DNA of 64,000 nucleotides from Verrucomicrobiota bacterium (GTDB lineage Bacteria; Verrucomicrobiota; Verrucomicrobiia; Limisphaerales; JADLHS01): NCBI GenBank assembly GCA_013140495.1, contig JABFSR010000168.1, positions 15,122 to 79,121 of the forward strand, read 5' to 3'. Shown piece by piece: positions 54,124 to 64,000 of this stretch (position 1 is its first letter; each line of letters starts with the position of its first letter). The notes under the pieces were generated by a model. It saw only the letters and a program-made list of their open reading frames with translations, ran no database searches and was not told where the DNA came from. The position numbers and the translations under genes were made by a program.

Positions 54124-57100
54124 ATGGCGAGACGATTTAATGAATCCTTTCGTGTGGCACACATCACTCTGGTTGTGCTGTTCGTGTCAATTGCCGGTGT
54201 AGTTGCTCAAACTAGCTCAACTACCTCGGCACAATACGATCAGAACATACGACCGTTGATAAACGAGTTTTGCCTCAAGTGCCATTCGACCGAGAAGCAT
54301 AAGGGCGATCTCGATCTCGAGAGATTCACGTCGTCGAGTGAAGTGTTGAAGCATGCCAAGGTTTGGGAGCGCGTGATCGAGCAACTAAACCTCGGCGAAA
54401 TGCCACCGCAGGAAAAGCCGCAGCCGACGCCGGAGCAACGACGGCAATTGCTCGATTGGGTGAATCGCGCATTGGATGAAGCCGCGCTGGTGAATGCAGG
54501 CGATCCCGGCCCGGTTGTGCTCCGGCGACTGAACAACGCGGAATACACCTACACCGTGCGCGATCTTACGGGTGTCGAGTCACTTGATCCAGTGAAGGAG
54601 TTTCCGGCCGACAGCGCTGCGGGTGAAGGCTTCATGAACACGGGCAACGCTTTGGTCATGTCGCCCTCGTTCGTCACAAAGTATCTCGATGCTGGCAAGG
54701 ACATCGCCAGTCATGCGGTGCTATTGCCTGACGGATTGCGCTTCTCGTCCGGGACGACACGGCGTGATTGGACTGAGGAACTGCTTGCCGAGATACGAGG
54801 CTTCTATTCCAAATTCACGGAAGTTGGTGGAGCAGAAACAGTGACCCAGCAGGGCATGGAACTGGACAAGAACAAAGGCGGGCGGTTGCCGCTGGAAAAA
54901 TATCTCGCCGCAACATTAGAGCTTCGCCAGAATGCGAAACAACTTCAGTCACTCGCTCGTCAGCGCGAACTAAGCCCAAAATATCTCGCCGCGCTTTGGA
55001 ATTTGCTCAACGACAAGTCACCTTCACTCCTGCTCGACCCGCTGCGTGTTCGTTGGCGCGTTGCCACGCACGCAGATGTAGCATCACTTGCAGCGGACAT
55101 CACACAATGGCAGAAAGTCCTTTGGAAGTTCAGCAGTGTCGGTCATATCGGCAAAGTTGGCGGCCCAAAGGCTTGGATGGAACCGGTTAGTCCGCTGAGT
55201 TCAAAACAAGAAGTGCGCCTCAAGCTCGCCGCGCCGACAAACGGTAATGAAGTCGTCCTCTACCTTGTGGCGGGTGATGCGGGTGACGGCAATGAGAATG
55301 ATTTTGTAATCTGGCAGCAGCCGAAACTGGTGGTGCCGGGTCAACCAGATTTACTTTTGCGCGACGTCCGGGACTTCACCCGGGAGATTACAGCGCGACG
55401 CGAAAAGATTTTTGCAACGACTGCCAAATGCCTGACTGCTGCGGCTGAGGCCAGTGCCAGCACCAATAATCTTGATGTGGCGGAGCTTTCCCGTCGGCAC
55501 GGTGTTGAAACGGAGATGCTGTCGCCATGGTTGGACTATCTCGGCATCGGTTCGAGCGCCACCATCAAACTGGATCACTTTACCGCGCAGATACACAAAT
55601 CCTCTGGTTACGATTTCGTCAATGGTTGGGGTTCGAGCGAGACGCCGTTGCTGCTCGCAAATTCCTCTGACCAGCATGTGCGGATTCCCGGCAACATGAA
55701 GCCACACGGCGTCACCGTTCATCCCTCGCCAACCCTTAACGCCGCCGTCGGCTGGCGCAGTCCTCTCGTTGGCCCTATTAGCATCGAGGCGAAAGTGACG
55801 CACGCGCATCCCGAATGCGGAAATGGAGTCGAATGGTTCTTGGAACTGCGCCGTGGGGCCACGCGTCAGCGGCTTGCCAATGGCACATCTCAAGGTGGCA
55901 AGGAGGTAAAAGTTGGCCCGGTCGAAAATCTCAGCATCCAGACAGGCGACTTGGTTTCGTTGCTCATCGGGCCCCGCGATGGCAATCACTCGTGCGATCT
56001 CACGGATATTGAACTGGTGATCAAGAGCGCTGGCGATGGCGGACGGGAGTGGAGTCTCACGCGCGACGTTTCGCCGGATGTGCTGGCAAGCAATCCACAC
56101 GCAGACCGATTCGGAAATGAGGGAGTCTGGCATTTCTACACAGAAGCTGTGTCAGGTCGTGAAACGGGTCCGATGATTCCTTCCGGCTCGCTGTTGGCCA
56201 AATGGCAGTCCGCCGGTTCTGTGGAGGACAAACTCAAGCTGGCTCAGGCGGTTCAAAATCTTTTAACGTCGGCTCCGTCGGCAACCAAGGACGATCCGGA
56301 TACGAAACTTTATCAGCAACTGGCATCGCTCAGAGGTCCATTATTTGCAGGTGCTCGGAATTCCAATGGTAACCGACAGGCAGATATTCAGTCGCCCACA
56401 AGAACTCAGAAACCCGCCAAGTCGGACACCGAATGGGGAGTTGATCCCGCTGTGTTCGGCAAACATCCAAGCGGTTCCGCAATTGACGCGAACAGCCTGT
56501 GCGTGCGCGCGCCGTCGGTCCTGGAATTTCGATTGCCAGCCGATCTGGTCGCGGGTGCCGAGTTTGTGACGACTGGAATATTGGATCCAGCATCGGGCGC
56601 CGAGGGCAGCGTTCAACTGCAGGCGCTCACCACCAAACCCACCGACATCAAGACGCTCCTGCCCGGTGCATCCACTGTTCAGAACAGCAAAGGAACGTGG
56701 ACGGATCCGGACAAGCCGGTCATTCACAGCACACCAATCGTCATTGTCGAAGGCAGTGCGACGAGTAAACGCATTGAGTCCAACCTCGATGAATTTCGCC
56801 ACTGGTTCCCCGCCGCACTTTGTTACACCAAGATTGTGCCGGTGGATGAAGTCGTCACTCTCACATTGCTCCACCGCGAAGACGACCATCTCTCGCAACT
56901 GATGCTCGACGATGCGCAGAAGGCCAAACTCAATCGGTTGTGGGAGGAGTTACACTACATCAGTCAAGACGCCCTCACGCTGGTGGATGCTTTCGAGCAG
57001 CTATGGCAATACGCCACCCAGGACGCCGACCCGAAAGTCTTCGAGCCGATGCGCAAGCCCATCAATGATCGCGCGGCGGTGTTTCGGCAACTCCTCACGA

Positions 57101-58365
57101 ATACCCAACCCCAGCATGTCCAAGGCGTGCTGGAATTTGCCGGTCGTGCCTATCGGCGTCCGCTGACTGCCGACGAACAAGTTGAGTTGCGCGGACTGTA
57201 CCAGAAATTACGCAAGGAAGAATTGCCCCATGATGAGGCCATCCGGCTCACGCTCGCCCGCGTGTTTGTGTCGCCTGCGTTTCTGTATCGTTTGGAAAAG
57301 GCCGCGCCCGGTGCAAAGCCTGGCCCGGTGTCCGACTGGGAACTGGCAAGTCGCTTGAGTTACTTCCTGTGGTCCTCAATGCCGGACCCAGAATTGCGCG
57401 AGGTTGCAGCGGGGGGAAAACTTCACAACCCTGACGTGCTTGTGGCGCAGGCGAAGCGCATGTTGCCCAATCCAAAAGTGAGGCGACTCGCCACTGAATT
57501 TGCCTGCGCGTGGTTGCACATCCATGACTTCGAGTCGCTCGACGAGAAGAGCGAAAAACATTTCCCAACATTTGCTGCTCTGCGCGGTCCGATGTATGAG
57601 GAGGCGATTCAGTTCTTTGCCGACTCATTCCAGAACAACGCCTCGGTGCTATCGTTCTTTGACACGGATCACACGTTCCTCAACGAAAGTCTTGCGCAAC
57701 ACTATGGGATATCTGGCGTGACCGGCTCGGAGTGGCGGCGTGTGGATGGCGTAAAGAAGTTCGGTCGCGGCGGCATTCTCGGCATGGGCGCGACACTGGC
57801 GAAACAATCTGGCGCGTCACGCACGAGCCCGATCCTTCGTGGAAATTGGTTCTCAGAGGTGCTCCTTGGTGAAAAACTTCCGCGTCCCCCAAAGGATGTG
57901 CCGCGGTTGCCCGAGGACGAAGCTACGGAGACATTGACAGTGCGGCAACTTACCGAGAAGCACACCAGCGATCCGCGCTGCGCGGGTTGCCATGCGCGCA
58001 TGGACGGCTACGGCTACGCGCTTGAAGGATACGATGCTATTGGTCGCGCCCGCACCCGAGACCTTGCAGACCGGCCTATTGATACACGATCGAAGTTGTT
58101 CGACGGCACACAAGTCGAAGGCGCGAATGACCTGCGTGATTATTTACTCACCCGGAAGCGTGACCTGGTGCTCCGGCAATTCTGCCGCAAGCTGCTCGGT
58201 TATGCGCTGGGCCGCAGCGTGATGTTGTCCGACAAGCCGTTGGTGACCGAGATGCAACGACAGTTGGAAACGCACGATTACAGCTTTAATACTGCTGTCG
58301 AAACCGTAGTGCGAAGCAAACAGTTTCGCGAAATCCGTGGACGTGATACTATCTCTGAAGAATAA
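54124..58365 (+). CDS. DUF1587/DUF1592/DUF1595/DUF1588/DUF1585 multidomain protein with an N-terminal cytochrome-c-like CxxCH
   Basis: ATG at 54124 gives MARRFNESFRVAHITLVVLFVSIAGVVAQ (GTG at 54088 is an alternative). Contains CLKCHS, VLRRLNNAEYTYTVRDLTG, WELASRLSYFLWSSMPD, SRTSPILRGNW and DPRCAGCHARMDGYGYALE. Confidence 0.85.
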   Translation: MARRFNESFRVAHITLVVLFVSIAGVVAQTSSTTSAQYDQNIRPLINEFCLKCHSTEKHKGDLDLERFTSSSEVLKHAKVWERVIEQLNLGEMPPQEKPQPTPEQRRQLLDWVNRALDEAALVNAGDPGPVVLRRLNNAEYTYTVRDLTGVESLDPVKEFPADSAAGEGFMNTGNALVMSPSFVTKYLDAGKDIASHAVLLPDGLRFSSGTTRRDWTEELLAEIRGFYSKFTEVGGAETVTQQGMELDKNKGGRLPLEKYLAATLELRQNAKQLQSLARQRELSPKYLAALWNLLNDKSPSLLLDPLRVRWRVATHADVASLAADITQWQKVLWKFSSVGHIGKVGGPKAWMEPVSPLSSKQEVRLKLAAPTNGNEVVLYLVAGDAGDGNENDFVIWQQPKLVVPGQPDLLLRDVRDFTREITARREKIFATTAKCLTAAAEASASTNNLDVAELSRRHGVETEMLSPWLDYLGIGSSATIKLDHFTAQIHKSSGYDFVNGWGSSETPLLLANSSDQHVRIPGNMKPHGVTVHPSPTLNAAVGWRSPLVGPISIEAKVTHAHPECGNGVEWFLELRRGATRQRLANGTSQGGKEVKVGPVENLSIQTGDLVSLLIGPRDGNHSCDLTDIELVIKSAGDGGREWSLTRDVSPDVLASNPHADRFGNEGVWHFYTEAVSGRETGPMIPSGSLLAKWQSAGSVEDKLKLAQAVQNLLTSAPSATKDDPDTKLYQQLASLRGPLFAGARNSNGNRQADIQSPTRTQKPAKSDTEWGVDPAVFGKHPSGSAIDANSLCVRAPSVLEFRLPADLVAGAEFVTTGILDPASGAEGSVQLQALTTKPTDIKTLLPGASTVQNSKGTWTDPDKPVIHSTPIVIVEGSATSKRIESNLDEFRHWFPAALCYTKIVPVDEVVTLTLLHREDDHLSQLMLDDAQKAKLNRLWEELHYISQDALTLVDAFEQLWQYATQDADPKVFEPMRKPINDRAAVFRQLLTNTQPQHVQGVLEFAGRAYRRPLTADEQVELRGLYQKLRKEELPHDEAIRLTLARVFVSPAFLYRLEKAAPGAKPGPVSDWELASRLSYFLWSSMPDPELREVAAGGKLHNPDVLVAQAKRMLPNPKVRRLATEFACAWLHIHDFESLDEKSEKHFPTFAALRGPMYEEAIQFFADSFQNNASVLSFFDTDHTFLNESLAQHYGISGVTGSEWRRVDGVKKFGRGGILGMGATLAKQSGASRTSPILRGNWFSEVLLGEKLPRPPKDVPRLPEDEATETLTVRQLTEKHTSDPRCAGCHARMDGYGYALEGYDAIGRARTRDLADRPIDTRSKLFDGTQVEGANDLRDYLLTRKRDLVLRQFCRKLLGYALGRSVMLSDKPLVTEMQRQLETHDYSFNTAVETVVRSKQFREIRGRDTISEE

Positions 58366-58397
58366 CCCAGCCAACAATTGCCAGATCTGAATTATTT

Positions 58398-59705
58398 ATG
58401 AGCAACCACACATTTTCCCGGCGCGCGTTTCTTCGCGGCGTCGGCGTCTCGATGGCGCTGCCATGGATGGAATCATTCAATGTCTGGGGTGACGAACCCG
58501 GGCCAGCCGTTCGGCCAGCCAGCGAAGCGCCGGTCCGAATGGCAGTGCTGTTCTCCGGCAATGGATTTCATAGCAAGGAGTGGTGGGCCAAAGGCGAAGG
58601 CAAGGACATGGAACTTGGCAATGTGCTCGCCCCGCTTTCGGACTTCCGCGAGAAGATGCTTTTCATTCGCGGCCTTTACAACGCCGAGGCCCTGAAGGGA
58701 AATATTCATAGTTCGCAAACGGGCAATCTGCTTTCCGGCGCACCGCTCGCATCGGGCGGAGAAATTCGTTCTGGCACGAGCATTGACCAGTTGCTTGCCC
58801 AGCGTTACGGGCGCTCGACCAAGGTGCCAAGTCTCGTGCTCGGTTGTGAGAAATCGAATCCGTCCGTACACAAGAATTACTCGATGCTGTACAGCTCGCA
58901 CATCTCGTGGAGCTCGCCTACCACCCCTACACCGTTAGAACTTTATCCTGCCCTCGCGTTTGACAGGTTGTTCAAGGACGAGGTGAATCGTGGCGACAAG
59001 AGTGTGCTGGATGCAGTTAGTTCCGATGCGAAGGATTTTCGCAGACACATCAGCGCCACAGATCAGCGCAAGCTTGATGAATACCTCGACTCCGTCCGTG
59101 AAGTGGAGGTGCGTATCGAAAACGCAGGCAAGAAAGGGGAGATGCAGGGCTGGCGGCCCACGCTTTCCGCGCCGAACATCCCGCGGCCCGCCGACGGCAT
59201 CCCGCAGGACATTGCCGAGCACATGCGATTGATGAGCGACATTCTCGTGCTCGCGTTCCAGACCGACACCACGCGGCTCTGCACGCTGAAGCTCAACAAT
59301 GACCACAGCTCGCTGCGATTTCCCAACCTCGGCGTGGATTACATGATTCATCACCTGCTTTCCCACAGCGACACGGCAGACTGGCTCAAGGTGAATCAGT
59401 TCTTCCTGCAACAGCTCGCCTACATCGCGCGCAAACTCGACAGCATCCAGGAAGGCGAACGCACGCTGCTCGACAACTCGATGCTGCTCTACTGCTCAAG
59501 CATGTTGAACGGCAATCACGACGCCAACCAGCTCCCCGTTGTGCTGCTTGGCGGCGCGGGTGGTCGCATCAAGGGTGGACGCGTTCTCGACTACAAGGAG
59601 AAGCCCGAGCGCCAGATGTGCCGTCTCTACCTTTCGATGATGGACAAGATGAATGTTCGCCTTCCCAAATTCGGCGACGCGACCGAAGCGCTGGCCGAGG
59701 TGTGA
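58398..59705 (+). CDS. DUF1552 domain protein (Tat-exported)
   Basis: Twin-arginine signal SRRAFLRGVGVSMALPW. It is the usual genomic partner of DUF1592 proteins in Planctomycetota and Verrucomicrobiota. Confidence 0.9.
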   Translation: MSNHTFSRRAFLRGVGVSMALPWMESFNVWGDEPGPAVRPASEAPVRMAVLFSGNGFHSKEWWAKGEGKDMELGNVLAPLSDFREKMLFIRGLYNAEALKGNIHSSQTGNLLSGAPLASGGEIRSGTSIDQLLAQRYGRSTKVPSLVLGCEKSNPSVHKNYSMLYSSHISWSSPTTPTPLELYPALAFDRLFKDEVNRGDKSVLDAVSSDAKDFRRHISATDQRKLDEYLDSVREVEVRIENAGKKGEMQGWRPTLSAPNIPRPADGIPQDIAEHMRLMSDILVLAFQTDTTRLCTLKLNNDHSSLRFPNLGVDYMIHHLLSHSDTADWLKVNQFFLQQLAYIARKLDSIQEGERTLLDNSMLLYCSSMLNGNHDANQLPVVLLGGAGGRIKGGRVLDYKEKPERQMCRLYLSMMDKMNVRLPKFGDATEALAEV

Positions 59706-59878
59706 GTTGGGAGTGATGCTCAATCGGTTGCGACGGGCATTGTTTTTTATCCGGCAACTAACAATTCCGCGTGCGGTCGTCATTGTTGATAGTGTAAATA
59801 TCAATTGGAAAACCTGTTGAAACCTTCCCAGTGAGGCGTATAACTGTGTTGGGTACGAACCAGCGGAGACAGGTTCTT

Positions 59879-61097
59879 ATGAAGACCAATCTTGTTTCAC
59901 CATTTCTGCAAGCTGTTCGTTTTCTGACCGTGTTGATTCTGTCATCGGCTGCTTACGCTGACCCCCTCGACATTTGGGCGACTCAACAATTGAGCACAAA
60001 TCGCTTTGGGTTGAGCAGCATAGTTTTTGGGAATGGGTGTTACGTGGCTGCGGGATCATTTTCTGATTATGGAACGATTGTTTCCTCCGAGGACGGATAC
60101 AACTGGACGGTGCGCGCCGATGGCTACACAAGTATCCAAGGCGCACCGATATGGGGACTCAAGGTAAACTTTGCAAACGGCCGATTCATCGCGATTTCAG
60201 CATGGGGTGGAACTGTCGTTTCAACGAATGGAACAAATTGGACACTTGGTTCTGCGCCGCTCATCCAGCCTAGCTTCGCCCACCTTGATTTGTACGGTGC
60301 AACCTACGGTGGCGGCAGATTTGTGGCGGTCGGCCAACCCGAATCTGGGTTTGGTTCAACGGTCAGCAATATTGTAACTTCCGCCGACGGGGTTGCGTGG
60401 ACGCTGCGACGTTCGCATCCGACGGAAGCGCGAACAATCGTTGACGTTGCATACGGAGCTGGAACCTACGCGGCAATCGGTCCAAACGATGGTTTCACCT
60501 ATACTTCACCCACTGCGACGACATGGACCAGACGTTCCATCCTTGGGGGGCAGTTCGATTAGTTTTTACAACGGGTTCTTCGTCGTGCCGTATAGCGGAG
60601 GTACAAATTTGCTCTCGACAGACGGTATCAACTGGACAGCTGTAAGTACCGGAATCACGAACTTGCTGGGGAAGGTTACTTTTACCGGAGGATTGTTTAT
60701 GGCAAGAACCGCATCCTTTTTGGCCTCGTCCCTTGATGGAACCAATTGGTTTCGGTATTCTCAAACAATCCCAGGTTTTGGTGTTGCATCAGATAGTAAT
60801 CGGCTCGTTACGGTATCTAGCCCCCCAACAACTCCATATTCAGCCAACGCATTCGTCTTTACATCCGACGTGCTGGTCGGTTTGCGCATAACTAACACTT
60901 CGCCGCCAAATGTCGTTCTCTCAGGATTAGTGGGGCGCTCTTACCGTATCGAATCATTGGATGCTTTCGCGCCAACGGGCTCTGACAATTGGCAGACCAA
61001 TACGGTGCTTCAATTGCCTGCCAGTCCGTATCTCTGGACCGACCTCACTGCCACAAATTCTACCCAGCGCTTTTACAGGGCCGCGTTGTTGCCTTGA
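59879..61097 (+). pseudogene. secreted beta-propeller-like repeat protein, split by a frameshift at a G6 tract
   Basis: ORFs 59831..60562 and 60393..61097 overlap and are in different frames. ATG at 59879 gives a signal peptide (MKTNLVSPFLQAVRFLTVLILSSAAYA). The repeat G.FVAVG...GTI.TS.DG..WT runs through both ORFs. Removing one G from G6 (60545-60550) joins them as ...TWTRRSILGGSSISFYNGFFVV.... The C-terminus is ...STQRFYRAALLP. Confidence 0.7.
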
Positions 61098-61218
61098 CGT
61101 CCGGCACGTCTGAAATCGCCCACCACCATTCAAGACGCTTGGATGCGTGAAGTCCCGCGATTGACACCGTGCGCTGATTTTGAGGAAATGACCGCGCAGA
61201 TCACACAACCAAATCATT

Positions 61219-63201
<1,983 letters not shown>

Positions 63202-63215
63202 TCGGGACAACAACA

Positions 63216-63827
63216 ATGCGCGCCTCGTTTAACAGACGTACAGCTACGAAGGTCAGGAATGGTCGTGTTCAGAAAAAGAACCAACTTCGACCAACTGGAC
63301 TTGAGGGCTACGTCCTTGACCGCGAATCCCCTGGACGTGGCTTCCGACATGTGGTCAGCAAGCGAGACTTGCAGGCATTTATTGATATCATTCCATACTG
63401 GCAAAAGTTCTCACAAAGGTTGGAGCGTATCGTTCTCTCGAGCTGCTCCTCTTACGATGGTCAATACGCATTCTATCACCGTGAGGAAACCGGAGCGATT
63501 TTCCTAGCTGCTTGGAATGAGGACCTATGGATAGAACTAAACCGCGGATATTTCGATGCTCACCGAACAATTTTTGAGAGAATTAATGTGAGCTGCGATG
63601 TAAGAAAGGAAACAGTGTTTTGCAGATTCACGGAGGCCCAAGCGCGGGCTTTTACATTGCTCCACGTTTTCATGCATGAACTTGGCCATCATCATGACCG
63701 CATGAATCAAAAGCATCGTGATTCCAGCCGAGGTGAAGATTTCGCAGAGCGTTTTGCTAACAGCAGATTCGATCAGCTCTACACTCCGTATGTGAGTGTG
63801 TTCGGTGACCCAGCCAGAGGGAACTGA
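63216..63827 (+). CDS. hypothetical protein with an HExxH motif
   Basis: 203-aa ORF. FMHELGHHHD is the only recognisable feature. GC looks lower than the neighbouring genes by eye. Confidence 0.55.
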   Translation: MRASFNRRTATKVRNGRVQKKNQLRPTGLEGYVLDRESPGRGFRHVVSKRDLQAFIDIIPYWQKFSQRLERIVLSSCSSYDGQYAFYHREETGAIFLAAWNEDLWIELNRGYFDAHRTIFERINVSCDVRKETVFCRFTEAQARAFTLLHVFMHELGHHHDRMNQKHRDSSRGEDFAERFANSRFDQLYTPYVSVFGDPARGN

Positions 63828-64000
63828 CGGAGGAAGCAACCCCAATTGCCCCAGCCTTGAACGTGCCGCCCCTTGCCATCGGTCCGCCAGCCCCGTCCGG
63901 GGCGACATCTCATCCGACACTCCATGCCGATTCTTAGGAGCTTGAGGTTTGATTGCCCCGCTTCTACAAGTATATCGCGCCTATGGCGCTTGTTGCCGTG

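Noticed and set aside
63840-64000. A possible structured repeat at the window end (hairpin gccccgtccggggc; the translation ...FYKYIAPMAL... resembles repeat-derived pseudo-ORFs I associate with this phylum group).
   Set aside because: There is no second copy in the window to support it and the element is truncated by the window edge.

Overview
High-GC bacterial chromosomal segment with about 45 protein genes. By eye, GC is about 60-65% in the first 45 kb and nearer 50% in some later genes. I recognised no rRNA, tRNA, CRISPR array, transposase or integrase. Gene content points to the Planctomycetota-Verrucomicrobiota group, most likely Verrucomicrobiota: a DUF1592/DUF1552 pair with a Tat signal, dockerin-type modules, a BspA-type LRR protein, long structured palindromic intergenic repeats, and secreted proteins ending in ...RFYRA.

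Layout:
- 0.2-13.7 kb: five co-directional genes for secreted or anchored proteins of unknown function. They centre on a 2,698-aa giant protein whose C-terminal part looks like a TcA-type (ABC toxin A subunit) channel plus TcB-binding domain.
- 13.8-25.6 kb: mostly housekeeping genes (M48 peptidase, cupin, rsgA, PaaX-like regulator, UbiD-family decarboxylase, dienelactone hydrolase, PLP decarboxylase, rpoD).
- 25.8-30.9 kb: four-gene polysaccharide-export operon (ExeA-like ATPase, GumC/Wzc-like protein with a degenerate kinase domain, two Wza-like proteins). A REC-HD-GYP regulator is transcribed divergently from it.
- 34.7-38.6 kb: translationally coupled operon encoding a membrane dockerin protein, a cohesin-like protein, a VIT-vWA protein and a lipoprotein.
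- 38.9-64 kb: LRR surface protein, dihydropyrimidinase, MFS transporter, pgi, mnmG, recA, an ACAD plus APH-kinase pair, ppnP, SDR, histidine phosphatase, the DUF1592/DUF1552 pair, a frameshifted beta-propeller gene, acs and an HExxH orphan.

Main curiosities:
- the TcA-like giant protein with no TcB/TcC partner;
- the adjacent dockerin and cohesin-like genes;
- a family of 7-nt-periodic hairpin repeats that sit inside coding sequence, once apparently as a signal peptide and once in frame inside the UbiD-family gene;
- two short remnants of genes whose intact copies lie 2-6 kb away;
- a G6 tract that splits a beta-propeller gene.

All family assignments rest on motif recognition by eye. No searches were run.
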